Assembly (NCBI RefSeq): GCF_964355755.1
Contig: NC_092672.1
Location: 28,836,437-28,900,436 of the forward strand
DNA: 64,000 nucleotides
From: Antedon mediterranea
Lineage: Eukaryota; Animalia; Echinodermata
Direction: 5' to 3'
How positions within the stretch are numbered: position 1 is the first letter of the stretch; the number at the start of each line of letters is the position of its first letter. Below, one piece after another: positions 12,411-26,020 of the stretch. The position numbers and the translations under genes are program-made. The notes under the pieces were generated by a model that searched no databases, had not been told where the DNA came from, and saw only the letters and a list, made by a program, of their open reading frames with translations.

Positions 12411-14977
12411 AAAAAAAAAATCATGTCAAATGTAGTGCTATACCCAAACAATAGTGATACATAAGCTTAGTATTTTACGAGTTAATGTTAATTTATTTAT
12501 ATACATTATGTTGAGTTTGTTCAATACTTGTGGGTACACGATGCGCGTTGGATTACTATATTAAGTCGTAGTAGTTTGTTTTATGGGTTTGCTACTGACT
12601 GACATTGGAGAGCATATGCCCCCATTAAGATTCAAGAACTTGTGTGATCTATTGTAAGTTTATATTTAGACTAAAAGTGATTTTGGGTGACAAAGGGTGG
12701 AACTCGTGACCTAGTGCTACCCTTCCCACTGGACCTGCCCCTGATCAGATTTACATGGTCTCTGCAGGTTTATTTTTAGATACTGTAGACATTACACAAA
12801 TACTAAGAAAAGATAACTTTAAAAAAAAACTTTATTATAAATTTTTTCCTCAAGAAAAAGTTATTTTACTAACAACATTTATAATAATTAACATTATTAA
12901 TTATCAACAATAATTACATAAACATATTCTAAAAACTACTGTATATACAAGGCATAACTATACACAGATAAAATAAAACAATAAACAAATACAATATCAG
13001 CGCGATTCGATCATACAGAACATTACAATTGTTACTTCATTATACTGCAAAGTAGATTATTAATAATGCATTTAATATTTTTTCTTTCTTAATAATACAT
13101 TAATTTACACATTTACAAATCACACATGTAATAAATAATGTGATATGACAGTATGCTCACTGTATACACATTCACATTTACTACAGATGAAATATATCAA
13201 GATATTTATGAAATAGGAACTGGTTTAATAGGGGTCTAGTTTTTGTTTTGTGTTTCATTGATTAATCAAGCATACGAGTATGAGATAAACTGGACATTTG
13301 ATTTTATACACTGTATATTAATTTAATCATATATTAGAAGAAAATCATTGTTTATAAGATTTATGTTTTAATGTAAAAAAAAAATCAAAGAAGAGAGAGT
13401 GAAAAGCTTTATATCATCCCTGTCTGTTCTAAAATAGTTATTCTAGGCCTAGCTAGCCTAGTGTCCCAAGTATTTATATTGTTAATAATACAACTACTTA
13501 CAAAACAAAACAATCGAATGACTGAATGAAAAGAACAACATACCTCGAAATACAAACTAGACAAGCCAAGTTGAGGCAGCCAGTAGTAGTAGTTGGTTGG
13601 AGCGATGGTAGCGGCAGTGTGGGTGTTGAATGCATGCATTAGTCGAAAGTGGTGGTGGATGGGCATGTGGGATCGGCTTAGGTTAGCAAATAAAAGAAGT
13701 AAACAAATGAAAGAGGAGCTTCAAAATAAGAGAGGAGTAATCTGTTGCAAAGATTAAAATTCACAACGATCTGATAATTTATTCTAATTTCCAGAAGATA
13801 TAACCTATAAAATGACATTAAAACTGGGAATTACAGAAGCTATTATTAAAAATATTGGGTTTTTTTTCTCACAACACAACTAGAACTATATAACACATTA
13901 AGAATTTTTCTGACCAATGAGTTTCAAATCAGATAATCAAAGAAAATAAAATGTTTTTACTAATATACAATGGTTTTTTTTTTTATAAAAATGCCTATGT
14001 TTCTCGCAACACTGCTTGTAGATTTTTAAATTACCCCAGTATTTTATTTTAGAAATCAATTATTAAACATTAGAACTACCTATTTGTAATAAATCAGCTA
14101 AAAAAATACACCACTTTGGGCGTTATGGTGAAGTAAAGTTTAGTTGCATTTAACAATTTAAAAAAAGTGAAAACACCCCTCTTTAAATAAATGGTATCTC
14201 CCAAAGTATGAAATCAAAAATATAAAAAAAATATGAAACAGGTACACAATGCATTTGTTATTATGCATACACTAATTATTTTTTATAATTAAATGAACAA
14301 AACAAAAATATCGTTCATCAAAATAGTACCAATATCCATTTTAAAAAACCTTAAAAAAGGACAACATTTTTCAAAAATACAAATTTGGCCGTTGCCATGG
14401 AAATATATGTGTGAAAAAAAAAAAACTTAATATTTGATTTCTCTCAACACATATATAGCCATGTGCAAAATTTGAAAGAAATCCATTTTTTTTAATCTGC
14501 CACTATTTTTGATATTTCTTTGATTCTTACAGACAATGGCTCTTAAGTAGTTGGTAATATTAATAAAATATGCAATTTTTTTATTTGAATTATCATATTG
14601 GCCTGCCATTTCCTGTAATTAAAAATTGCATTAATCTATAGAATATTAAATTATTCATTTGCCCATGTCTGTTGTTACCGTGTGTTGTGGTTTGCAGTAC
14701 AAGAAACGTGTTTTTAATATATAGCTATAACAGTGGTTTCTTCATAAATCTCCTTAATTATCTATGTGATTATAATTATTGAAAGTGTAGTGCATGGTGA
14801 TTGGCTAGTGTTTATGTCATCCACATCAAATCCAATCATCGGGCCTAATCGAATGAAATCTTTGATCCCTGATCCGGGATTGGCTGGCTATACGTCACCA
14901 CTGACTCAACTACTCTCTAGCGCTCGTTTTGAAAAGTAGACGCAACAAATGAAGCATAAAAGTACCTTGCCTATTAC

Positions 14978-15793
14978 CAAAGAATATATATCATAAGAAT
15001 GAGTAATCCGCAATTGTCCATGTGGTAGGGCGCCGCCATAAGTGTGGATGTATCTGGGATGTATACAACTTTTTGTGAAGGTTTCAATAATCAAATGCTG
15101 GACCACCGGAGTATTTTCCGATGATAAAATTGTTATCAACTACATGCCAACATCATGTTAAATACTATTTGAATATTTAATTGTTCGTTTTATGCAATTT
15201 ATTTAGTAAAAACTGCCGTATAAACAGTTTGATTTATCAACCGGGCGCTACGATAGCGTGACCGGGCGTGTTGGTGTTTACGCGTTTTCACGAAGGATAG
15301 TTTAATAATATTCCTATATTTAACTTGTTTCTGGTAAAACAAATAAATGTTAATGACATTTAACATTTTCTCCTATTAATAACATGTGTTTTATACTAAT
15401 TTATATCATAAAAACAATACTTAATTTACCGGGCGTACAGTAGTACACGGCAATGGTAAAGAATAGGCCGTGCTGAGTAATATTCGTTGATTTTTGGTGT
15501 TGCTGTGTTAGGCCTTTTTTGTGAACTAACTTAGCATGTTAGTAAATAATTTTCTGTAAAAGTGAATAAACACTAGTTTGTTAATAAATATGTATTATAA
15601 AATAGTTTACAATTGCAAAAACTATCATCATAATTCTATTTAATGTGACATGTATCATGTCTATTAAATCAAGTCTTATTTAGTATGTATACATCCGCCC
15701 TTATGAGGGCGGGCATCACTCACTGGAGCTCTCTGTTACAAATTTCTCATGCAAAAATCGCGGATTACTCATTCTTGTGATATATATTCTTTG
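14978..15793. mobile_element. MITE with 34-bp TIR and 7-bp TSD (P-superfamily-like)
   Basis: CAAAGAATATATATCATAAGAATGAGTAATCCGC / GCGGATTACTCATTCTTGTGATATATATTCTTTG; CTATTAC at 14971-14977 and 15794-15800. Confidence 0.85.
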
Positions 15794-16690
15794 CTATTAC
15801 TGTATTATTATTCCCACAAGAAGTAGACAACAACAACGGTGAGTATATATATAATGATTACACGTTGTAGCTACTACACTTAAGATTAGCCTACCTAAGC
15901 CTATATCAATGTCGGCAAATCATAGGGGCTACTAGTAAGTCTGGACGGTCTGGGCGTAGTAATCTTGCTGATTTTGTAATTTTACAGGTAGGCTGAGATA
16001 ACAAATAGTTGTTGTCTCACATGTAGGCCTATGTCTACTACAAGTCATAAAATGTTACTTTAAGGTCATAAAAACATTAGCGTAGATCAATCGCGGCAGA
16101 TTTTGAACACTGGCATTTTTAAACCCAAAGGGTACTACAATTTCCAATCAATTTGTATTCAATCTTGTGATATATTATTAATCTAGTAATATTTCTGGGA
16201 GATCGTTTAAATCGAATTCAGAAAAGTTATAATTAAATTCGTCGCATAAATTTTGTTCGTCACCATAGCAGCTAGCGCTAAAAATACGAAGTATTAATCA
16301 TGCCTCCATGAGCCACGAAAGCATATCCAACAAGGTTATAAAGGTTGTTGCGCACGTGCAGTAAACAATATATTAGGCACGCTGTTAACGACGGTGTTTA
16401 TTTTGTAACATTGTGGGGACGGTCCGCGCTCAGTCTGTTTGAGTCATAGAAGCTTTGATCTCAAACTGATGCATATCCTATTCTAAAACAAACTTTATTT
16501 CTTTAAAAAAAACACAATTGTAATAACAAATTATTACTAAACAATTTTTATAAGGTGTCGATTAAATATTACATGCCATTTTTAGATTTACAGATGCAAT
16601 TCTATTGAGACACTTATGTGCTGCGACTTTTGCGATGAATTGAGACGTAGGCCTACATTCTGTAGTCATCGGTGGATGATGATCGTGCAA

Positions 16691-19600
16691 TTATCTATCA
16701 AAATGTATGTTTCTTTTTGAACACTCTTCGGCAATGTGGTCGATTACATCACCTGATAGATTACAATTCCTCATGTTAAGCTTCCTCAGCTTAGGAAACA
16801 TAATGAATAAAGAAAGAAGTGAAGACGTAACATCAATGTTGAGAAGATTAATATTCGAGATATCGAGATATTCTAATGCTAATTGGACTCCTTTGAGAGA
16901 ACATTCTGTAATAAAGTGATTGAATGCATCAAAGCCACTGTGTAATAGATTCCGAATAATCTTTTTTTCGTCACACGGAACATGTGCTATGGCTAAAATG
17001 TGTGCAATTACTTTTCCCTTGAATTCCCCTGCCATTAAACGAGAATTAATGAAATCCATGATATTCGTATAAAAATCCTTTATGCAATTAAGTTGCATAA
17101 TAAGACGTATGAAATGCCCTTCACATCGTACACCTGGACTAATGTGTTCAATGAACTTTCTTATAGAGGTAGATATATCATGCAAATGATTATTTATTTT
17201 TAAATCTTTGCTTTCCATGTGATTAATTAATTTATTTATCACAACATCTTTATGTGTTTCTTCAACACAATCTAAATATCTCGGCAAAGAACGATATGTT
17301 GACAAATTATTTGTAATCCAGTGATTAAAAAATGCATACGCTTTATCACCAAGGAAACCGATTGCAAACTTTCTGGCCAAATTTAAATACCTTCTTTCTC
17401 TTATTACCTCCCATTCATTATCATCTAATGGTGTAAGTATTCGCCTTCCATCTTCCGTGCATTCATTCTCGGTACCTTCACTTTCACATAATTTGCACAA
17501 ATAAAATCCCACCAATGACTCAACTATCAACTTGTGATGAGGCATAAATATTCTTTCAAAATTAGATTTTGAAATTGGTGCTTCTTCGTAAACAAATCCG
17601 AGTTTTACGGCCATGTCAATCATATCTGTTGTGGATTGTGTACCTTTCAAATCTTTCATGTTTATTGAAAGTTGATTCTCTTTTAAGTTTTTATACATAC
17701 ACTTTCCTAACAAAAGCATAGCATCTACATAATTTGCTGGAGTTTCTTCAAATTTAGAAATCTTTTGTCGAGGGTCTTGTTTGTGAAACTGATTCAAAAT
17801 ACTACGAAATATTTCTTTTAAAAGGTCAGTCTTATCTTCAGGAAGATTTTGTTTGTCTTCCCATAGAATACAAATTGAAAGAAGGAACATTGGATGATTG
17901 CACATTAAATATACGTACTCATGTTTTCGTTGCCAACCCCGATACATGATATCTAATTCTTTTCTAAGGGAGTTTCCCATTTCTGGTTTTTCAAAATGCT
18001 GAAAGTATTTGTCAATATACTTCCCTATGCTTTCTTTATTAAATCCATTAACTCTTACACGTACGTCACACTCTTTTGTAAATTCATCTATGTTTTCTGA
18101 CCGGGAAGTAAGTATCACAATGCTTTCTTTTAAAAATTCTTTTCTGAAAAGACTGATTACGCTTTGATTATTGAATCTCAATTCATCTAATCCGTCTAGT
18201 AGCAACACAACTTTATTATCATGTTCCCTTATAAATCTCTTGATAAGCATTGAATTTTTTGGGAGATCTGTGTCTAAATTAAAATCTGTCATATTCAGTT
18301 GCTTTACAATTAAATCAAAGATATCTTCACCTTTTTCCAAATCTCTTACACATAAAAGAAATACAATTTTACCTTCAAAGTCAGTATTAAGTGTAGCCCA
18401 TGTGTATGATAAATGCCTTAATATGGTAGTTTTTCCAATACCTGCCTCTCCTTCTATGAGAGCTTTACATCCAGGTTCGGAACTGATAATATCTACCATT
18501 TTTTTCAATGTTGTTGGTTCGCTTCCTTTATTGTTTTCACGTTCTCTAAGCAGTTCCATATCGGTAAACATCTGTGAAATGTCAACTGTATATACCCCAT
18601 GCATTATTTCAGGTGTAAATCTACTGGCCTGTCTGCACTTGTCCTTTTGTATTTTAATCAGATATGTTTGTATCTTTTCTAAAAACAAGGAAGGTTATTC
18701 AGTAGACAGAATCTTACACTTTATATATTTTTGTTATTATTATTGTTTTTCTTCATTCATTCATTTTTGTTGATATAAAAAGGTAGCACCGTAGTTGTTA
18801 TTATTTGTTTTAGCATGCCTAGGTAATGTCATCGAAGGTATAATAGAAATGTGTTATTATAGAAATTGTTAAATTATTTAGTTAAAGTTATTGAAGTAAA
18901 TTTTATTAGTTATATCAAAGCCTGGGTTATAACAAACTTTTTCGTATAGATTGTTGTAACGTATTTTAGTAAAATTAGATTATAGAGGGCGAAAAGAAAA
19001 CTTTTATTGAATATATACTCAAGAGAGCGCAGCAGACCGAAAAATAAATGTATCACAAACCTAAAATAGATGTTCAGGCCCGGTAGTCCGCGATTTGTCA
19101 GTTTCCAAACCCGTATAAAAATATAAGTGTCATTATTCTAGGCATCTTTAGTTGAAAATGATTAATTTTGTTGCAATAACAAAACTTTTCATATCCCACT
19201 GCACTGAAAACAATACATGATGATGATTGGAATGAGGTGTAGATAGGATGAATTTTTCTAATTCTAGATCATAACTAACCTGTTTGTAACATCACATCAT
19301 CTGTTCGCATTATTTTGTTACTACTAGTTGGCGCTTCCTCTGTGTCAACAAAAAAACATAAAATTACAATGGATTTTACTTAGTGAATGAAATGATTATT
19401 CCTAGAATTAATTGGAGTGAATTTGATAACTGGATATTATTTCAAATTAATACATTTGTTCTTTTTTTCATTTTGGATCCGCCAATTTTATCCTCTTTTT
19501 TGTATTCCTTGTTCGTTTTCCTGGTCAGCGTTTCCTTTGTTTAATATAAGAAAAACTGAATTTACAATGGTATCTACTTCGTAAATAACCAATAATTGGA

Positions 19601-21122
19601 GTATAAATGCAGCATATTATTTGTACGGTAACGTATTGCAGTAGAACCTCGAAGGGCGCACCTTCGGGACCCATCATATTGTCTCCTTTTAAGAGGACAC
19701 TACTAAATTTCCAATTGATAGGGTTTTCGCGGAAAAACAAAAAATAAATATACCACAATCAACACTAATTGATATGAACTCAAGAAATTGAGAAGTGAAA
19801 CTTTAGCAGCTGATTTACAAATGAAAACGTCAATCCAAAGAAAGTATCATAATTATTATGATATTTATTATTGTATTAATAACAATTATAAATTAATATT
19901 AATTATTTGTTTTGTGATGGGGAAAAAATCAACCATTATGAACATTAAACGACGTATCTCCGTTCCCTTTGGATGTCCCATGAGTAGAGGTTGGCCGTAG
20001 TGTTAAAATACGCCCCTCATTTCCTCTGTTTAAATAAGAAAGAAAGAAAAACTGAATTTACAATGATACAATGTTAAGCCAGCCCTGGGCCAACTTTACA
20101 ATAAATTACAAGTGATATAAAAAGAAATACATACCTGGTCTATCCTGTACAGATTTTCCAAGACAATCTGTAAACCTAGTAATGTTTGAAGATGAACTCA
20201 GAAGGTTTTCTTTATCTAGTACGAAAACGGCATCCCAAATATTTGTCAATTCAAATTTATTCAGTTCATCATAATTATGAATAACTTTCTTCAACTCATC
20301 TTGTCCAATTTGTCTTAAGGTATTGAATAGTTGTTTACGAGATGTTGAAAGCGTCTCCTCATCAACAAGTTGAACTTTGTTATCTGTCATATACTGGTTT
20401 ATCTGATCTACAGCTTCACTGAAACCTGTCAGATTAGCTACGTCCAGCAGAAGACTAACTTTATGAGGTGTGATTTTACCGGTTCGTTGAAGTTCATTAA
20501 ATAAACTCATTGCTGTAACATCTTTATCGGTTAGGTCTCCTAATGGTATGTATCCATGCAGGCAGAATTTTAACCACCTAAAATATCGACCATCATAGTG
20601 TTTGCTAAGTTGAGTTTTTAAAAGTTGGAACTTTTCTTTATCACATTCAGTTTTGTCTGGCAAAACAATGACAACAAATGATGACAAAATAAAAAATAAC
20701 GTCAATACATTAAAGATGTATTATCCCCTGAAAAAAAATTATTCTTAAAAAAGTTAATGTAACATAATAGTTTGACCTTGACCAAAAATTGGATCGGAAA
20801 AAATGTATTTACCTGAAAAAATTGTAATTTAAAGCAAAAAGGGTCAAATTGGTTGCCAGACAATGGGTTTTTGGTTGAATTTAACCATTTATTTTGTCAT
20901 TTTATAAGTGAAATGGTTTTTTTTTTCTACGGAAGTGATTAAGTTTATTAAAACTACAAAATTAAATATTCAAATTCTGATTTAATTAATCTTCATTTTT
21001 TATGTTTTTTGGGAGACAATACATCTTTAATTAAAAAAAATTGTATAAAACTGTTCATCTAAAGAACATTTAAAAATATCCTTTGTGTTAAACACCGTTT
21101 AATGTTCGTTACCTGTTGCCAT
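16691..21122 (-). CDS. NLR immune receptor: tandem death-effector domains, NACHT NTPase, winged-helix/helical region, ~2 LRRs (~859 aa)
   Basis: Exons (-): 21122-21113 (ATG GCA ACA G), 20656-20135, 19339-19280, 18678-16691. All introns are phase-1 GT-AG; total 2580 nt. Walker A GEAGIGKT, Walker B VVLLLDGLDE, sensor-1 VILTSR, HPMFLLSICILW; LRR-like LEYLDISNINL and LRKLNMRNCNL; DED-like LKFCLHGYIP..LFNELQRTGKI..VSLLL and LSTSRKQLF..IWDAVFVLDKENLL. Confidence 0.88.
19640..19999. mobile_element. Degenerate pogo/Tigger-like MITE in an NLR intron
   Basis: CAGTAGAACCTC... / ...GAGGTTGGCCG|TA termini; similar relics near 51465-51605 and 63953-64000. Confidence 0.45.
20714..21026. mobile_element. TTAA-flanked MITE (Kolobok-like)
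   Basis: TTAA|AGATGTATTATCCCC ... GAGACAATACATCT|TTAA. A related copy lies in NCAPD2 intron 1 (~36494-36835); in copy A it is split by the 1646-3372 insertion. Confidence 0.75.
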
Positions 21123-21644
21123 GTTGTCAATTCAAATTCTATCTTCATTTCTGAAAAGATAATTTGTATACATGCTGTCAACGTTATCATTCTTTAACCC
21201 AAAACTAAAGATAATATGAGAGGAAAACTAGGAGAGTATACTGAACTGTGTACGGTTCTCAACAACTAAATGGTGTGAATTCAAAGTATATCTGTCTAGG
21301 GCGTTTGTATGATGGACAAAGGTTAGGTATGTTGCATCATACACTTTTTGTGTTTACTTCCATGCTATAGGCACGTAGACAGAGCTCTCATTTCCACCAG
21401 CTCGAATCTGATGGCCCTGATCTCCCACTGTGCCCCCTCCACTCGATGGTCATAAGGTGAAAATGGGAAGGTCTAATTTATCTAAAACCAATCAAAGTTA
21501 TAGTTTGCTGCCCTCTACACAGATTACAGTTAGTAAAACCAAAGATAGTGTAGTAAGTAGTGTAGTACACTATCTTTGGTAAAACTTTAGACTGCACGCA
21601 TCATGGTTTTAAATTTGATTATAAAATAATGGTGACCAGGATTT

Positions 21645-22060
21645 TATCTACAAATTTTATCCGTATAGTTTAATACTCTGGGTTCATAAAAGGGTGACAT
21701 TAATATAATCATGAACATCTTATTTTTTTGTGATTTAACATAATTATTTGCCTTGCAATCTCGGGGCCTATGTACCAGGAATTAGCACACGATAACACAC
21801 TGGTGATAATTCTTGGTACTAAGACTCGAACAAAGGCCCTGATATTGTACGGCAGGTATTTTAAAAATCAAACTACAGTACCATAAGGTTATTAAACTAT
21901 GCAAACAAACTGGTGATAATTTCTGGTACCCAGGCCCTGAGATTGCAAGGCTAGTATGTTAAATTCATGATTATATTATGTCACCCTGGCAGATTCTAAA
22001 ATTAGTATTGGTTGTCTTTTATGAACCCATAAAATTAAGCTATACAAATAAAATTTGTTA
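21645..22060. mobile_element. Palindromic (foldback) MITE relic
   Basis: Nested inverted pairs GGGTTCATAAAAG/CTTTTATGAACCC, GGGTGACAT..ATAATCATGAA/TTCATGATTATATTATGTCACCC and GCCTTGCAATCTC/GAGATTGCAAGGC. Confidence 0.65.
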
Positions 22061-23023
22061 TGTATAAAAATTAATAATTTTACATCATAAAAAGAGTAGA
22101 CTTAGCCTTCAGATATAAAGAAGAAAAGCAAAAAGATTATGGAGAGGTTATTCCAGAATACAATACCAAGTATTATGACTAAAGCGGCTGCGAGCGAAAG
22201 CGGCCGCCAATCCATAACAATGTATTTATGAAACGCCAAAACGTCATTGTATAATGTGGGTGTTCAATTCAATTAAACTTAACATTTATTTCTTCCTTCA
22301 AGAAAATGAGGTAAACAAAACAAATTCCAGTAAAATATATAACAAGTCAATTGATGATAATAAAAAAAAGTATACAGATATCAATAAAAGGTGTTGTAGG
22401 AGGAAATTGTAAAACATAAAATTGAACTGAACAATGATTGATTGCAATAATTATACCGGTAGTTCAGTAGAACCAGAAAATTGAACCAACCGGATGATAA
22501 GAGTTTACGATAATCATAACAATATACAGTAATTGCAGTTATTAATTTATAATCAAATAAGGAAATACAGCAAAGTAACCTTTTATCATCACTTTATGCT
22601 TTTTAATAACAAATATTTATTTTATTTATCTATTCAAGATTACTTTCCATAAATAACATAGCCAATGTACAATTGTATTTATTATTATATATTTCACTTC
22701 GTCACTGAGGGTCTATAGGCCTAGTAGTGGTGAATTCATTACTGTATTTCATTTCATTCGTCTAAACAAAAGGGCTACAAAGGTACAACAATAAAATGAC
22801 AGAAAAACATGAGATGGAGAAAACTTTTTAAATCTTTTAACGATAAAACTGATTTTGTACAGATTAAAATATATCCTCCCAGCAAACACAGAACGTCCAT
22901 AAAAATTCTTGGTTTGTTTTAAAGGTCCGTAGGTCTTCCGTCTTTTACAAACGTTTTACAAACTGTTAAAAGGACCATGTTTTATACAAGGTTTTTTTAA
23001 GGTTGTTTATAAAAGAAAATACC

Positions 23024-23351
23024 AACACTCACAGTAAGAAATTTGCGATTCAAATGGCGACCAAAAGTGGTTAATACGTATTTACAGTATTGTATAGTAT
23101 TGCAATACTATATCTTAAGGATTTAAGTTTATTCTCCAAGGGCCCATGAATTTACCTACTTTTGTAGGAATGTTCCATTCATCGCAAATCAATACATTTG
23201 TATAAACTTATATTAAATCTATCAAAATAGTATTTTTTTAAAAAGAAAATCGGCCCGTCTTCAACATTATGATGCTGTACTCCAGTTGTTCAACCGGTTT
23301 TCAGCTATTAAACACAATTATCGTAGAAGGAGATAGGAAAATGCGAAGCAT
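23024..23351 (+). repeat. Interspersed repeat, copy 2
   Basis: Colinear with 11397-11748, same orientation. Confidence 0.8.
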
Positions 23352-24020
23352 CCTCGTATTATTGTGTGCGGGTAATTTTCAAGATGGACATCCATTAGAC
23401 AGTACGTGTATACCACGATCGGAAAACACCCCTATTTGGGGCAAATCGTTGAACCTAAATTCGTTTTAATCGTCAATAACTAATTATCTAACTAAATTTA
23501 ATTAGTAAACATGGTGGCTAAATCAGTACCGAAAGTACGAACCAACTTTCACCACCGAGTAAACATTCTAGAAGTAACGCGCGATTTACCGAATTTTGCC
23601 CTTACGTAAATTTATATATAGATAATTCTGGAAATTATCAAAAGGAAAATTATGAAACTTACGTATGGAAATGTACTTCCGCCTGTAATGGCTACATGGA
23701 CATACAATTTAAATGTGGTGTAGTTATAGCGTGAGTTGATTGTCCGATACGTATGAGTAGATTACAACAATGAAGTCAATTTATATGTAAATACAGTTTA
23801 GCAACAATACAAATGAACAATAATTTAGAATGTGATTTGTGCATCATTCGCAATCAAGTGATTGGTTGCTTTCGATTTTGTTTTTTGTATGATCAAAACA
23901 CTTGTACCAGCAAAATATAGAACCGGCATAATTTTAACATGAAACATCTTTTTTTTACAATTAAATTGTCATTGATGCATATTGATTGATGATTGTATAA
24001 TCGAGTCTATTTATATAATA

Positions 24021-25050
24021 CTAGCAATTATACCCGCCCCAGGGCGGGTTTCAAAATTAGTTTAAAGCCTCCTCAGTATATAACACCCGACGCCAGTATG
24101 TCCCTATACTTACCACACCCCACACTATTTTTTGAAAACAAACTCTTCCCAGGACAAATACAACTTCAAATGAGAGGGGTAGCTACGATCGGCCTATGGT
24201 TTAAGTACGTTGTAAACATTGTAAATGAATAGGTGTCATATTGGCTGATAATTATATATTATTTAAATTTGATCTGCGGGCCCCCATGAGCCTTCTTTCT
24301 CCTCTCACCATCCCAGCCACAATTAACAAACCTTAACAACTCTACCTCTGGACAGTTCAAATTTAGTAACTTTTCCTAGTACAATTCCAATCATATACTT
24401 CATTACGCCAGTATTTCCGCTTCCCCTCCTCCCTCCCAACACACCCCAGATACTGGGTGATGTGTTTAAGACGATTCTAGACAAATTATGTTAGTTATCA
24501 CTCCCAACCCATAATCCCTCAGTGGCAGTTTTCAAATGTAGTACATTCCCAGTACAGTTTCAGTCATGGTGATAGGCCTACTTCCCCACCCCAAACTCCC
24601 ATTACCTTCCCAGGGATAATTAAAATACTTCAACAATTTCCTACCACAATTCTGGTCAATTTGATAACCTACTACACCTTGCCTACGGAAAATCCCCACT
24701 ATCCCCTGAAATCCAACTTTTACACCCTATCTCCCAACCCACCTCTCCCACAAATTCCTCCTCCCCTTTTTGAAATGTAGTTTAAAACCTTCCCGGTACA
24801 ATTGCGATCATTTTGATACCCCATATTTATGGTTACGTGCAGAAACAGAAGCTTGTATAACGAACAAACATCGAAAGTGGGGAAAAGTGGGCCATTTTGA
24901 CCACATTTTGGCCCCTAACTTCGATCCTAGATGGCGGATGATGTTCAAATGTAGTTTAGAACCTTCCCGGCGGTAAAATTGCGGTCATTTTGATGCCCAA
25001 TATGTAAGGTTACGTGCAGTACAGTACAGGACGCATACTATATTGTATAA
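24021..25050 (-). mobile_element. Non-autonomous Helitron
   Basis: On the - strand, the GC hairpin ACCCGCCC..GGGCGGGT (24032-24049) lies ~7 nt before CTAG|T (24024-24021); ~175-bp diverged internal repeats (TCAAATGTAGT.. at ~24357, 24532, 24770, 24944). The 5' end is approximate. Confidence 0.6.
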
Positions 25051-25198
25051 GCTGTTAAATTTAAAATAGTGATAATGAAAAATAGATGAAATTAGTGAAA
25101 GATTTGTCAGAAAGTTGAAAATGAATATGAATTTTAGATGAAATTTAAAGTTAGTTTGAACAGTTTACTACATCATTCAAAATTCATTCAAAAGTCTT

Positions 25199-26020
25199 TT
25201 TCATTTCATTTCATTTCATAATAACATTTATTTCCTTCATAATATACAAAATAAATAATATAATACACAAAATTCATGACGAGAAGAAAGATAGTTAAAA
25301 CAATACAATTTTTTTTTTCTCATCTTTAACATGAATAAAACAATATTATGAAGGAGGCACAATTTCTAAAAAGCAAAAGCTTGTGTTGAAAGTGCCTGAA
25401 CAAAACAAAAAGTAACTAAAATCAAATTAGTAAATAATAGTAAATGGTATATAGGAATAAAGTAATTACCATAACGGAATATGAAAACAATAAAAAACTG
25501 ATACCTAGAATATAACTAGTTAATTAATTTACTTTTGTATTAGATATTGTTTAGTGTTAAAGACGAAGCTATGTTTGTTTGCAGAAGTTGTAATTTTGTT
25601 AGGAAGTGAGTTCCATATCTTGGGTCCAGTAAATCTAATATTATGTTGAAAAGAAGTCTTTTTATGTTTAGGAATATGAAGGTTATTGAGGATTCTTGTG
25701 GAATAGCCGTGAAATTCATAATTGGGAGAAAACATATCGCGTAAATGAGATGGAAGAAGAGCATTTTGGCTTTTGTAAATAAATAAACATTGTTGGAAAA
25801 TATTAATATCTGTTAATTTTAATAATTTGAGAGAACGAAATAAAGGATCTGTACTAGTTCTAGGTGAAACATTCGAAATTATTCGAATGATTTTCTTTTG
25901 TAGTATTTGAAGTTTATTTAAATTAGATGGGAATGTGTTACACCAAACGATATTGCAATATAAAAGATATGGCAAAACAAGGGAGCAGTAGAGTGTTCGG
26001 AGAATCAGAGATTGAAATAA
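25199..26020 (-). mobile_element. 5'-truncated L2/Crack-group LINE, 3' end
   Basis: ORF 25529-26029 LYCSLVLPYLLYCNIVW..LQKKIIRII..GPKIWNSLP (RT C-terminus); 3' hairpin GGCACTTTC..GTGCC and (TGAAA)n tail at 25199-25219. Confidence 0.85.

Noticed and set aside
18171-18773. 200-aa + strand ORF
   Set aside because: Antisense shadow of the NACHT exon with no recognisable motifs.
23650-23700. Non-coding first exon of the NLR (GTAAGT donor on the - strand; another candidate at ~28140)
   Set aside because: Plausible, but the candidates cannot be distinguished without transcript data.
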